DNA of 64,000 bases from Meridianimarinicoccus sp. (GTDB lineage Bacteria; Pseudomonadota; Alphaproteobacteria; Rhodobacterales; Rhodobacteraceae): positions 1,620 through 65,619 of the forward strand of contig DAIPIS010000002.1 of NCBI GenBank assembly GCA_036770665.1. Direction: 5' to 3'. Positions 9,160 to 19,666 of the stretch are shown one piece after another. The position numbers were made by a program, and so were the translations under genes. Position 1 is the stretch's first letter. Each line of letters begins with the position of its first letter. The notes under the pieces were generated by a model. The model searched no databases. It had not been told where the DNA came from and saw only the letters and a program-made list of their open reading frames with translations.

Positions 9160-10733
9160 CCGCCGCGGGCCCGCGCGCAGCCCATGTGCCGCCGCCCGAA
9201 GGGTCGGTGCGCGACTGGATCGACCGTCGCGCTGCCGAAACGCCGGATGCCCCTGCCTTCGTGTTCGTCGACGGCGGCCCGGCGCTGACATGGGGGATGC
9301 TGCAAGAGCGCGCGCGCGCGGTCGCGCTGGGTCTGCTGGCCTTCGGTCTGGACAAGGGCGACAGCGTCGCGATCATGTTGCCGAATGGGCGCGAGGCGAT
9401 CCTGGCGTTCTTCGGGGCCACGTATGGCGGCTTCCGGGCGACCCAGATCAACCTTGTCGCCGGGACCGCGGCCATCGGCTATGCGCTGGGTCACTCGGAG
9501 GCGCGGGTGGTGCTGGTGAACGACGAGACGGAGGGCTTGCTGGCCGACAGCGCCGGGGTCGAAGGGCTGGTGATTCCGGCCCGGCGTGTGGCGGGCATGG
9601 AAGCGGCTGCGCAGCCAGGCGGGCGGTTGCCCGACGTGGTTGCGACGGACGACTGCATGCTGATGTATACCTCGGGGACGACCGGGCGGCCGAAGGGCGT
9701 GCTGCACAGCCAATCAAGCCTTCTGGCGGGAGGCTGGACCGCGACCATCGCCCATGACCTGACGCCGGCGGACCGCGCGCTCTGCGTGCTGCCCCTGTAT
9801 CACATCAACGGGCTTGGCGTGACGGTCATCGGGCCCTTGGTGTCTGGCGGGTCGTCGGTGATCTGCCCGCGCTTTTCGGCCAGCCGGTTCTGGGCGCACT
9901 GCGCCGCGCACGAGGTCACATGGTTCTCGGTCGTGCCCACGATCATCTCGCATCTCGTCCACGGCGAAAGCGCACCGGATGCGGCGACGCAGGCGCGCAT
10001 CCGCTTTGCGCGATCGGCCTCGTCGGCGCTGGCACCCGAGGTCCAGACCGCCTTCGAGACGCGCTTTGCCATCCCGATCGTCGAAACCATGGGCCTGACG
10101 GAAACCGCGCCGCAGATCCTGTCGAACCCGCTGCCGCCCGGGCCGCGCAAGATCGGGTCGCCAGGGCGGGCCTGGGGCAACGAAGTGACGATCCTGTCGC
10201 CCGCGCTGGACGAACTCGGCCCCGACGTCGAAGGGGAGATTGCCGTGCGCGGGCCGAACGTCATGCTGCGGTATTTCAAGAATCCCGGCGCCACGGAGGC
10301 CTGCATGACGCCCGACGGCTGGTTTCGAACCGGCGATCTGGGGCGGATCGATGCGGACGGCTACGTCTTTGTCACCGGGCGCTTGAAGGAACTGATCATC
10401 AAGGGCGGTGAAAACATCGCCCCGCGTGAGGTGGACGAGGCGCTGCACGCCCATCCGGATGTGATGGAAGCAGCCGCCTTTGCACGGCCCTGTGCGCGCT
10501 ATGGCGAGACGGTGGAGGCGGCGGTGAAGCTAAGGCCGCAGTCTGCCGCATCGGAGGCGGACCTGCTGGCGCTATGCGTCGCACGGCTGGGGACATTCAA
10601 GTGCCCCGACCGCATTCACCTGCTCGACGAGTTGCCAAAGGGACCGTCGGGAAAGATCCAGCGGCTCAAGCTGGTAGAGTGGACGGAGGCGGCCCGCAAG
10701 GAGGATGCGCGGTCGCTTGCGGGAACCGGATAA
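9156..10733 (+). CDS. sauT: Sulfoacetate-CoA ligase (ANL superfamily)
   Basis: YTSGTTGRPKG AMP-binding loop, MGLTE, TGDLG, LPKGPSGKI; ATGA overlap with sauS. Confidence 0.82.
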   Translation: MTAAGPRAAHVPPPEGSVRDWIDRRAAETPDAPAFVFVDGGPALTWGMLQERARAVALGLLAFGLDKGDSVAIMLPNGREAILAFFGATYGGFRATQINLVAGTAAIGYALGHSEARVVLVNDETEGLLADSAGVEGLVIPARRVAGMEAAAQPGGRLPDVVATDDCMLMYTSGTTGRPKGVLHSQSSLLAGGWTATIAHDLTPADRALCVLPLYHINGLGVTVIGPLVSGGSSVICPRFSASRFWAHCAAHEVTWFSVVPTIISHLVHGESAPDAATQARIRFARSASSALAPEVQTAFETRFAIPIVETMGLTETAPQILSNPLPPGPRKIGSPGRAWGNEVTILSPALDELGPDVEGEIAVRGPNVMLRYFKNPGATEACMTPDGWFRTGDLGRIDADGYVFVTGRLKELIIKGGENIAPREVDEALHAHPDVMEAAAFARPCARYGETVEAAVKLRPQSAASEADLLALCVARLGTFKCPDRIHLLDELPKGPSGKIQRLKLVEWTEAARKEDARSLAGTG

Positions 10734-10790
10734 TCCGGACCGGCCGGGGGAGGCCGGAAGAAAAACAAGTCAAAACAAGGGAGGATGACC

Positions 10791-11738
10791 ATGAAGACCA
10801 AATTTGCATCGACCACCGCACTTGCGTGCGCACTGGCACTGGGGTCCGCAGGACTTGCCAAGGCGCAGGAGTATCCGGACCGTCCCATCGAAGTCATCGT
10901 GACCTTCGGGCCGGGCGGTGGGGCCGACCTGATGGGGCGGACGGCGTCGCAACTGCTGGAAACGCGGCTGGGCGTGCCGCTTCCGGTGTCGAACGTGGCG
11001 GGCGCGTCCGGAAATGCCGGTCTGACGCAGCTGCGGACCAATCCGGCCGACGGATATACCTTGGGCACCCTGATCTCGCTGACCGTCGCGTCCTGGGCCT
11101 CGGAGCTTGGCGACAATGCACCGGAGGATTTCGACATCGTCGCGGTCGTCCAAAGCTCGCCGTCCTTCCTGTTCGTTCCGGCGAACGGGCCGCACCAGAC
11201 CGCCGAAGCACTTTTCGAACATGCCCGCCAGAATCCCGCCACCCTGACCGTGGCGACGTCGGGCTATGGCACACAGGACGACGTCACGCTGAAGATTCTG
11301 GCCGATGCCGGCGTTGCGATGGAAAACGTGCCGTTTCAGGCGCCCGCCGAACGGTATGCCTCGCCGATCGGCGGCCATACCAGCGCCATCTACGAAGAGC
11401 CGGGCGATGTCGCGCAGTTCATCAAGGCCGGTCAACTGGTGCCGGTCGTCGTGTTCGACACCGAACGCCATGCAGAGTTTCCCGATGTCCCCACGTCTGC
11501 CGAGCTTGGCATCGACATTTCGGGCCTCGACAACTTTCGCACGCTGTCGGTTGCGGCTGGCACGCCCGATGACATCGTCAGCCGTCTCGAAGGCGCCATC
11601 GTCGACATGGTCGGTTCGGCCGAATGGCAGGAATTCTGCGCCCAGACCTACAGCTGCATCGCGCCGATCGTCGGCGAGGACGCACAGAAAATGGTCGTGG
11701 AGTTCCAGAAAACCATAACCGCCCGGCTCGGCTCCTGA
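10791..11738 (+). CDS. tctC: Tripartite tricarboxylate transporter substrate-binding protein (TctC/Bug)
   Basis: Signal peptide, YPDRPIEVIVTFGPGGGAD, NVAGASG, PADGYTL, PDVPT. Confidence 0.92.
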   Translation: MKTKFASTTALACALALGSAGLAKAQEYPDRPIEVIVTFGPGGGADLMGRTASQLLETRLGVPLPVSNVAGASGNAGLTQLRTNPADGYTLGTLISLTVASWASELGDNAPEDFDIVAVVQSSPSFLFVPANGPHQTAEALFEHARQNPATLTVATSGYGTQDDVTLKILADAGVAMENVPFQAPAERYASPIGGHTSAIYEEPGDVAQFIKAGQLVPVVVFDTERHAEFPDVPTSAELGIDISGLDNFRTLSVAAGTPDDIVSRLEGAIVDMVGSAEWQEFCAQTYSCIAPIVGEDAQKMVVEFQKTITARLGS

Positions 11739-11742
11739 TCCG

Positions 11743-12335
11743 ATGAGCATCGCCTACGACAGCGAAAAGCCCAAGGCAGCGCGCGGGGGGTCGCGCGCTG
11801 CCCGAAAGGAAGGTCCCTGGAGACTCGCCCCGGCGTTGCTGCCGGCGGCGATCTGCATCGCGGCGATGATCGCCCCGGCGCATATCTTTCACAGTGCCCC
11901 CCCAACGTGGGCAGCGGGCTTGGTGCGGCGGCCTGGCCGCGTGGGGTGCTCGCGCTTCTGGCCTTCTTCGCTCTGGTCTGGGCGGTGCGCGACGTCTGGG
12001 CCATCGGCGCGGCGGACCGGCGACCCACCCTCGTGCCTGCGCGCGAAGAGGGCGCCTATTCGTGGACAAAGGCCGTTTTCGGACTGGTCCTGGTCGTGGC
12101 CTACGGCGTGTTTCTGCCGGTCGTCGGGTTTTCGATCGCGACCGCCGTGTTCATCACCGTCTGGTGCCTGACGGGCGGTTTGCGCAATCCGCTGACCATC
12201 GGCGCCGTCGCCCTCATCGGCACCGCCCTGCTGCTCTGGATCTTCATGGGGCTTGCCCTGATGCCGCTGAGCCGCGGGCAGGGCGTGTTCAACGACTTCA
12301 GCATCGCGCTTCTCCGACTGCTGGGCATCTACTGA
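11743..12335 (+). pseudogene. tctB: TctB small permease split by a frameshift in a C7 run (11897-11903); could be an assembly error
   Basis: N-terminal TM in frame 11743 (LAPALLPAAICIAAMIA); rest of TctB (GAAAWPRG...LPVVGF...MPLSRG) in frame 11907; one extra C joins them. Confidence 0.75.
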
Positions 12336-12347
12336 AAAGGCCGCGCG

Positions 12348-13847
12348 ATGATTGAGACATTCAACCTTCTCGGCTCCGGGTTCGCGGCCGCCTTCCATCT
12401 GGCCGCATTCCTCACGATCGTCATCGGGCTGCTGGTGGGTGTCGTGGCCGGGGCCATGCCCGGCATCTCGTTCGTCAACGCCATGGCCATGGCGCTGCCG
12501 TTCACCTACGTGATGGAGCCGACCCAATCCATGCTGTTTCTGGGCGGCATCTATGTCGGCGGCGTTTTCGGCGGCTCGATCTCGGCGATCATGATCAACG
12601 TGCCCGGCACCCCGGCCTCCCTGCCCGCGACGTGGGAAGGCTACGCGATGACGAAGAAGGGCGAGGTCAAACGGGCGCTGGCCATCGCCCTGACCGCGTC
12701 GGCGACGGGCGGGCTGGTCAGTGCGCTGGTGCTGACCTTCCTGTCTGCGCCCTTCGCCAGCTTCGCGCTGAAATTCTCGCAGCCCGAGTTCTTTGCCGCC
12801 ACGGTGCTGGGCCTCGTCAGTGTGATCGCCATCGCCAAGGACCAGCCAGTGGTGACCATGGTATCGCTGCTCCTGGGGATCGCCGTCGGCACGGTCGGCG
12901 TCGACCCGCTTTATGGCGCGGCGCGCTTCAGCTTCGGGTTGTCGGAAATGGAAAACGGCATCCGCTTTGTCGTGGTGATGATCGGGCTCTTTGCCGTGGG
13001 TGAGGTTGTCGACCTTCTGGCAACCAACCGCAGCCTGCGGCCCGACAGCAAGCGCGCGAAGGGCCTCGGGGTCAAGTTTTCCGACCTCTGGGGTGTCAAG
13101 GGTGCCATCGCCCGCGGCACGGCGATCGGCTGCATGGTCGGCGTCATTCCCGGCGCCGGCGCCACGCCCGGCGCGGTGATCGCCTACGGCGTGGAAAAGC
13201 AGGTGTCCAGGCAGCGGGCCGAGTTCGGCACCGGCGCGCCGGACGGTCTGGCCGCGCCGGAGGCCGCCAAGAACGCGACGACCGGTGCCGCGATGGTGCC
13301 GCTTCTGACGCTCGGCATCCCGGGATCAGCCGCCACGGCCATCATGCTGGCCGCGATGATGCTGCACGGCGTCAACCCGGGCCCGCTTCTGTTCATCACC
13401 GACCCGTCGATGGTCTATACCATCTTCGCCGCGATGATCATCGCCAACATCCTGATGATCGTCTGCGGGATCGGTGTGGCACAGGCGTTCTCCACCCTGA
13501 TGCGCACGCCGCCTGCCGTTCTGGGCGCGACCATCATCGTGCTCAGCGTCGTCGGCGCGTTCGGTGTGCGCAACAACATCTTCGACGTCTATGTCTGCCT
13601 CGCCTTCGGGGTGGTCGGCTGGGCGATGAAGCGTATCGGGTTCCCGACCGCGCCTCTCGTGCTCGGCGTGATCCTCGGGCCGTTGGCCGAACGCTATTTC
13701 CTGACGTCGCTCGCGAATTCGCGTCAGGACTGGACGGTGTTCTTCACCCGACCCATCAGCGCGACCATCCTCGGCCTCGCCCTCGTTTTCGTGATGTGGT
13801 CGCTTTGGCCCAACATTCGTGCCCTCGGGCGGCCGCGCAACGCATGA
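12348..13847 (+). CDS. tctA: Tripartite tricarboxylate transporter large permease
   Basis: GAMPG, GGSISAIMINVPGTP, APEAAKNA, LTLGIPGS motifs; 499 aa, highly hydrophobic. Confidence 0.93.
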   Translation: MIETFNLLGSGFAAAFHLAAFLTIVIGLLVGVVAGAMPGISFVNAMAMALPFTYVMEPTQSMLFLGGIYVGGVFGGSISAIMINVPGTPASLPATWEGYAMTKKGEVKRALAIALTASATGGLVSALVLTFLSAPFASFALKFSQPEFFAATVLGLVSVIAIAKDQPVVTMVSLLLGIAVGTVGVDPLYGAARFSFGLSEMENGIRFVVVMIGLFAVGEVVDLLATNRSLRPDSKRAKGLGVKFSDLWGVKGAIARGTAIGCMVGVIPGAGATPGAVIAYGVEKQVSRQRAEFGTGAPDGLAAPEAAKNATTGAAMVPLLTLGIPGSAATAIMLAAMMLHGVNPGPLLFITDPSMVYTIFAAMIIANILMIVCGIGVAQAFSTLMRTPPAVLGATIIVLSVVGAFGVRNNIFDVYVCLAFGVVGWAMKRIGFPTAPLVLGVILGPLAERYFLTSLANSRQDWTVFFTRPISATILGLALVFVMWSLWPNIRALGRPRNA

Positions 13848-13934
13848 CGGTTCTCCCATGACCCAGAAATCCACGACGCGTCCGTCGCACCGTCGGACGA
13901 CGGACACGGCCCCCATACAGCCAGGAGCAAACAC

Positions 13935-15716
13935 ATGAAAATGACGACCGAAGAAGCCTTCGTGAAGGTGCTGCAGATGCACGGGATCGAACACGCGTTC
14001 GGCATCATCGGCTCGGCCATGATGCCGATTTCGGACCTGTTTCCGCAGGCAGGCATCAAGTTCTGGGACTGCGCGCATGAATGCAACGCCGGCATGTCGG
14101 CCGACGGATACAGCCGCGCCACCGGCAAGATGGCGATGGCCATCGCGCAGAACGGGCCGGGCATCACCAATTTCGTGACCCCGATCATGACCGCGTACTG
14201 GAACCACACGCCGCTGTTGCTGGTGACGCCGCAGGCCTCCAACAAGACCATCGGGATGGGCGGCTTTCAGGAAATGCAGCAGATGCGGCTGTTCGCGGAC
14301 TGCGTGTGCTATCAGGAAGAGGTGCGCGACCCGTCGCGCATCGCCGAAGTGCTGAACCGGGTGATCCTGAAGGCGTGGCGTGGATCGGCCCCGGCGCAGA
14401 TCAACATCCCGCGCGACTACTGGACCCAGGTGATCGACATCGAGTTGCCGCAGATCGTGCGGATCGAGCATCCGTCCGGCGACGTCGCGGCGATCGATGC
14501 CGCCGCGCAGCTGTTGTCGGCGGCGCAGTTCCCGGTGCTGCTGAACGGAGCAGGCGTGGTGCTGTCGGGCGCGATCGACGCCAGCCGACGGCTTGCGGAA
14601 CGGTTGTCGGCCCCGGTCTGTTGCAACTATCAGCACAACGACGCCTTTCCGGGCTCGCACCCGCTGTCCTGCGGACCGCTGGGTTACAATGGCTCCAAAG
14701 CCGCCATGGAGATGATATCGCGCGCCGATGTGGTTCTGGCGCTGGGGACGCGGCTGAACCCGTTCTCGTCGCTGCCGGCCTATCAGACCGAATACTGGCC
14801 GAAGGACGCCAAGCTGATCCAGGTCGACATCAACGCCGACAGGATCGGGCTGACCAAGCGCGTGGATGTCGGCATCCAGGGCGACGCCCGCAAGGTGGCC
14901 GAGGCCATTCTGGCGCGGTTGGCCCCACATGCGGGCGATACCGGACGCAAGGACCGCGAGGGGGCGGTATCCACCGCGAAATCCCGCTGGGCGCAGCAGT
15001 TGTCGTCCATGGATCACGAAGACGACGATCCGGGCATCAACTGGAACGAACGGGCGCGCAACCGGCATCCGATGCGGATGAGCCCCCGTCAGGCGTGGCG
15101 CGCGATCCAGGCGGCGCTGCCGCGCGACGCGATCATCTCGTCGGACATCGGCAACAACTGCGCCATCGGCAACGCCTATCCCATGTTCGAGGAGGGCCGG
15201 AAATACCTTGCGCCGGGGCTGTTCGGGCCTTGCGGTTACGGGTTGCCGTCGATCATCGGGGCCAAGATCGGACGGCCCGACACGCCCTGCGTCGGCTTTG
15301 CGGGCGACGGGGCCTTCGGCATTTCGATGAACGAGATGACCGCCTGCGGCCGCAACGACTGGCCCGCGATCACCATGGTGATCTTCCGCAACTACCAGTG
15401 GGGTGCCGAAAAGCGCAACACGACCTTGTGGTACGATGACAATTTCGTCGGCACCGAATTGAACGAGGGGGTCAACTACGCCAAGGTTGCCGAAGGCTGC
15501 GGGCTGCGCGGGGTCCAGGTCACCAGCAGCGACGACCTGACCGCGGCGCTGCGCGAGGCGGTCCGCCTGCAGATGGAAGACAATGTGACCACCTTCATCG
15601 AGGCGGTCATCAATCAGGAACTGGGCGAGCCGTTCCGCCGCGACGCGATGAAGCGGCCGGTCGCCGTAGCCGGCGTGTCGTCCGGCGAACTGCGCCCGCA
15701 GGCGGCCGATGCCTGA
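13935..15716 (+). CDS. xsc: Sulfoacetaldehyde acetyltransferase (ThDP-dependent)
   Basis: MKMTTEEAFVKVLQMHGIEHAFGIIGSA N-terminus, GDGAFG...N ThDP motif, QWGAEKRN, ELGEPFRRDAM. Confidence 0.96.
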   Translation: MKMTTEEAFVKVLQMHGIEHAFGIIGSAMMPISDLFPQAGIKFWDCAHECNAGMSADGYSRATGKMAMAIAQNGPGITNFVTPIMTAYWNHTPLLLVTPQASNKTIGMGGFQEMQQMRLFADCVCYQEEVRDPSRIAEVLNRVILKAWRGSAPAQINIPRDYWTQVIDIELPQIVRIEHPSGDVAAIDAAAQLLSAAQFPVLLNGAGVVLSGAIDASRRLAERLSAPVCCNYQHNDAFPGSHPLSCGPLGYNGSKAAMEMISRADVVLALGTRLNPFSSLPAYQTEYWPKDAKLIQVDINADRIGLTKRVDVGIQGDARKVAEAILARLAPHAGDTGRKDREGAVSTAKSRWAQQLSSMDHEDDDPGINWNERARNRHPMRMSPRQAWRAIQAALPRDAIISSDIGNNCAIGNAYPMFEEGRKYLAPGLFGPCGYGLPSIIGAKIGRPDTPCVGFAGDGAFGISMNEMTACGRNDWPAITMVIFRNYQWGAEKRNTTLWYDDNFVGTELNEGVNYAKVAEGCGLRGVQVTSSDDLTAALREAVRLQMEDNVTTFIEAVINQELGEPFRRDAMKRPVAVAGVSSGELRPQAADA

Positions 15717-15794
15717 GACCGTCGCCATCGCAGGGCCCGGAAAGGGCCCCGCGATCCATCCCCCGTTTTCGGCGAACACAGGCGTGCAGTCGAC

Positions 15795-16820
15795 ATGAGC
15801 GTCATCGACAGCATCCATGCGGCCGCGCGCGTGTCCGGGGCGACCATCGTCCTGCCCGAAGGCGACGAGCCCCGCATCCGCGACGCGGCGGTCGAGGCGA
15901 CCCGTCTGGGACTTGCGCGGATCGTCCTGATCGGCGGGGAGGCAGCGCGGCAGACGGCGCGTGCGCACAGCGACATCGTGGCGCGTGACGCGCTGTGCGC
16001 CACGCGCATCGACGCGTTCGCCGCGCAGTTCCTGCAGCTGCGGAAAGGGAAATGCCCGGATATGGCCGCCGCGCGTTCCGCGATGCGGTCGCCCCTGGCG
16101 CAGGCCGCGATGATGGTCCGGCTGGGCGAGGCGGACGGTACGGTGGGCGGGGCGGTCGCCACAACCGCCGACACCGTGCGCGCCGCCTTGCGCATCATCG
16201 GCCCGGCCGATGGCGTCGAGGTCGTGTCGAGTTCGTTTCTGATGCTGTTTCCCGCACCCTTTGACCGACCGGTGGTCTTTGCCGACTGCGGACTTGTCCT
16301 GCAGCCGAACGCCGAGGAGCTTGCGGACATCGCCATTTCCGCCGCGGGCACCCTGCGTGCGCTGACGGGCGAGGTTCCGCGCATCGCGGTCCTGTCCTTT
16401 TCGACCCATGGCAGCGTCGCGGAAACCGCCCACGAATCCATCGGGCGGATCCGGACGGCAGTGGCCCTCGTCCGGCAGCGCCGTCCGGACCTGATGATCG
16501 AAGGCGAGATGCAGTTCGATGCTGCCCTGCTGCCGGAAGTTGCGCGCAGCAAGGCGCCGTTCTCGGTGCTGGACGGCGGCGCGAATGTGTTCGTCTTTCC
16601 CAGCCTGTCAGCCGGGAACATCGGTTACAAGATCGCGCAGCGGCTGGGCCGTGCGGCTGCGCTGGGGCCGATCCTTCAGGGGCTGGCGCGCCCGGCCAAC
16701 GATCTTTCCCGAGGGTGTAGTGCCGAGGACGTTTTGAACATAATCGCCATTACGGCAGCGCAGGTGGCCCTGCAAAACGACCTGGCCCCAAAGGCCGAAA
16801 CGGCAGGACAGATGACATGA
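15795..16820 (+). CDS. pta: Phosphate acetyltransferase
   Basis: IVLPEG, LSFSTHGS, GEMQFDAA, GNIGYKIAQR, GPILQGL..PANDLSRG; follows xsc. Confidence 0.93.
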   Translation: MSVIDSIHAAARVSGATIVLPEGDEPRIRDAAVEATRLGLARIVLIGGEAARQTARAHSDIVARDALCATRIDAFAAQFLQLRKGKCPDMAAARSAMRSPLAQAAMMVRLGEADGTVGGAVATTADTVRAALRIIGPADGVEVVSSSFLMLFPAPFDRPVVFADCGLVLQPNAEELADIAISAAGTLRALTGEVPRIAVLSFSTHGSVAETAHESIGRIRTAVALVRQRRPDLMIEGEMQFDAALLPEVARSKAPFSVLDGGANVFVFPSLSAGNIGYKIAQRLGRAAALGPILQGLARPANDLSRGCSAEDVLNIIAITAAQVALQNDLAPKAETAGQMT

Positions 16821-19666
16821 TCAAGGAACCGAAGATCGCGCTCGGCGAGCCGGTGGGTGACCGGGTGACGAAAACCACCTGCTACATGTGCGCCTGTCGC
16901 TGCGGGATCGACGTGCACATCAAGGACGGGCGCGTGCGATACATCGAGGGTAACCGCGACCATCCGGTGAACAAGGGCGTGATCTGCGGCAAGGGTGCGT
17001 CGGGCATCATGCAGCATTATTCGCCCGCGCGCCTGCGTGGTCCGATGAAGCGGGTCGGCCCGCGCGGGTCCGGCGCGTTCGAGCCGATCAGCTGGGACGA
17101 GGCGCTGACGCTCGCCGCCAGTTGGCTGGGCGAGGTGCGCCGCCGCGACCCAAAGCGGCTTGCGTTCTTCACCGGGCGCGATCAGAGCCAGAGCCTGACC
17201 AGCTATTGGGCGATGCAGTTCGGCACGCCGAACTTCGCGGCCCATGGTGGGTTCTGTTCCGTCAACATGGCGGCAGGCGGGCTTTATACCTTCGGCGGGT
17301 CGTTCTGGGAATTCGGCGATCCCGACTGGGAGCACGCGAAGTATTTCCTGCTGTTCGGCGTGGCCGAAGACCATGCGTCGAACCCGATCAAGATCGGCAT
17401 CGGCAAGCTGAAGGGGCGCGGGGCCAAGGTCGTGGCAATCAACCCGGTGCGCACCGGGTACAACGCGGTTGCGGATGAATGGGTCGGCATCCGGCCGGGC
17501 ACGGACGGGCTGTTCGTCGGCGCGCTGATCCACGAGTTGTTCCGGACGCAGGCCATCGATCTGGACTATCTGATCCGCTACACCAACGCGCCGTGGCTGG
17601 TGATCGACGCGCCCGGCACCGCCCGGCATGGCCGGTTCGCGCGGGATGCCAAGGGCAATCCGTTGGCCTGGTGCACCGACACCGATGCGCCGGTCGATGG
17701 CAAGGCAGGCACGCTCACCGTGGCGTTGACCGGGGCGCGGGTGCTGGCGGACGGCACCCGCACCCGTCCGGTGTTCGAACTGATGGCCGAACGGTATCTG
17801 TCGGACGCGTACACCCCCGCCGCTGTGGCCGAGGCAACCGGCATACCACAGGCGCAGATCATCCGCATCGCCGCCGAAATCGCCGATGTGGCCTTCAAGC
17901 AGCAGATCGTGCTGGACCGGCCTTGGACCGATGCATGGGGCCGCAAGCATGCGCAGATGATCGGCCGCCCCGTCGCGATGCACGCCATGCGGGGAATCTC
18001 GGCCCATTCCAACGGGTTTCAGACCTGCCGGATGATCCACCTGTTGCAGATCCTGATCGGTTCGATCGACTGCCCCGGCGGGTTCCGTTACAAGCCGCCC
18101 TACCCCAAGCAGACGCCGCCGAACCTGCTCCCGCATGGGGCGCTGGGTGACATCAAGCCCGAAATGCCGTTGGGCGGGCCGCATCTGGGGTTCCCGCACG
18201 GGCCGGAGCATCTGCTGCTGGCGGCGGATGGCGGTCCGTCGCGGCTGGACAAGGGGTTTTCCTGGGATGCGCCGATGTCGGCGCATGGCCTGATGCACAT
18301 GGTCATCAACAACGCCGCCGCGCGCGACCCCTACGGGATCGACGTGCTGATGCTCTACATGGCGAACATGGCGTGGAACTCGTCGATGAACGTGCAGGGC
18401 ACGCTGGATGCGCTGACGGCGAAGGATGCGAACGGCGACTATGTGATCCCGAAGATCATCTATTCCGACGCCTATTATTCCGAAACCGTGCCCTATGCAG
18501 ACCTGATCCTGCCCGACACGACCTACCTGGAACGCTGGGACTGCATATCCTTGCTCGATCGGCCGATCTCCGAACCCGATATGGCCGCCGACGCGATCCG
18601 TCATCCGGTCATCACGCCCGACCGCGACGTGCGCGGCTTTCAGGAGGTGCTGATCGACCTTGGCCACCGTCTGCGGCTGCCCGCCTTCACCGCGCCGGAC
18701 GGGGAACCCAGGTTTCCGGGCGGCTACCCCGACTACATGGTCAACCATGAGCGCAAGCCCGGCATCGGGCCGCTGGCCGGCTGGCGCGGGGCCGACGGGA
18801 CCGAGACCGCGGTGGGGGCCGCGCACCCGAGCCAGCTCGATCGCTATATCGAGAACGGCAGCTTCTTCACCCTGCACATCGCGCCGGAACACGCCTATTT
18901 CAAGCACGCCAATCGTGGCTATCTGGACTGGGCGATCGGCAAGGGGTTGCGCGCGTCGCCCGAGCCCACGATCTTTCAACTCTACAGCGAGCCGTTGCAG
19001 AAGTTCCGGCTCGCGGCGCAAGGCCATGGCGACCGCCAGCCCCCCGAACACGCCCGCGACCGGATCGCGCGCTATTTCGACCCGCTGCCGTTCTGGTATC
19101 CACCCCTGGAAGAACAGATGGTGCAGGATTTCCCGCTGCACGCCATCACCCAGCGCCCGATGCACATGTACCATTCCTGGGGCAGCCAGAACGCGTGGCT
19201 GCGCCAGATCACCGCCGAGAACCGGCTTTATATCCACACGGGCCTTGGCGCACAGATCGGGGTCGTGGATGACGACTGGGTCTGGCTGTCGTCCCATCTT
19301 GGCCGGGTGAAATGCCAGGTGCGGCTTATGGACGGGGTCAATCCGCAGACCGTGTGGACATGGAACGCCATCGGCAAGCGCAAGGGGGCATGGGCGTTGG
19401 ACGAGGATGCGCCGGAGGTGACGCGAGGGTTCCTGCTGAACCACCTGATTTCCGAACTGCTGCCCAAGGGAGGCGGCGGATATCGCTATTCCAACTCCGA
19501 CCCCATCACCGGGCAGGCAGCGTGGTTCGACCTGCGCGTCGCGATTGCGAAGGCCGACGCCGGAACCGAATCCGAACCGCGGTTCGAACCGCTGGGTCGG
19601 GGTGTCCTGCCCACCGCCGGGGCGAAACGCGCCGGCGGGTCCGACGTTGTGAAAGGTGACACATGA
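16817..19666 (+). CDS. soeA: Cytoplasmic sulfite dehydrogenase, molybdopterin subunit
   Basis: TTCYMCACRCGI...CGKG Fe-S motif, no Tat signal, FFTGRDQSQ, AAHGGFCSVNMA, MYHSWGSQNAWLRQI; downstream of xsc-pta. Confidence 0.9.
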   Translation: MIKEPKIALGEPVGDRVTKTTCYMCACRCGIDVHIKDGRVRYIEGNRDHPVNKGVICGKGASGIMQHYSPARLRGPMKRVGPRGSGAFEPISWDEALTLAASWLGEVRRRDPKRLAFFTGRDQSQSLTSYWAMQFGTPNFAAHGGFCSVNMAAGGLYTFGGSFWEFGDPDWEHAKYFLLFGVAEDHASNPIKIGIGKLKGRGAKVVAINPVRTGYNAVADEWVGIRPGTDGLFVGALIHELFRTQAIDLDYLIRYTNAPWLVIDAPGTARHGRFARDAKGNPLAWCTDTDAPVDGKAGTLTVALTGARVLADGTRTRPVFELMAERYLSDAYTPAAVAEATGIPQAQIIRIAAEIADVAFKQQIVLDRPWTDAWGRKHAQMIGRPVAMHAMRGISAHSNGFQTCRMIHLLQILIGSIDCPGGFRYKPPYPKQTPPNLLPHGALGDIKPEMPLGGPHLGFPHGPEHLLLAADGGPSRLDKGFSWDAPMSAHGLMHMVINNAAARDPYGIDVLMLYMANMAWNSSMNVQGTLDALTAKDANGDYVIPKIIYSDAYYSETVPYADLILPDTTYLERWDCISLLDRPISEPDMAADAIRHPVITPDRDVRGFQEVLIDLGHRLRLPAFTAPDGEPRFPGGYPDYMVNHERKPGIGPLAGWRGADGTETAVGAAHPSQLDRYIENGSFFTLHIAPEHAYFKHANRGYLDWAIGKGLRASPEPTIFQLYSEPLQKFRLAAQGHGDRQPPEHARDRIARYFDPLPFWYPPLEEQMVQDFPLHAITQRPMHMYHSWGSQNAWLRQITAENRLYIHTGLGAQIGVVDDDWVWLSSHLGRVKCQVRLMDGVNPQTVWTWNAIGKRKGAWALDEDAPEVTRGFLLNHLISELLPKGGGGYRYSNSDPITGQAAWFDLRVAIAKADAGTESEPRFEPLGRGVLPTAGAKRAGGSDVVKGDT

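Noticed and set aside
6520..9291. 923-aa ORF that looks like a giant LacI fusion (similarly 44693..47416 for modC and 52986..56627 for the ABC ATPase)
   Set aside because: The N-terminal parts are antisense or off-frame read-through of neighbouring genes; true starts are at 7551, 45787 and 54074
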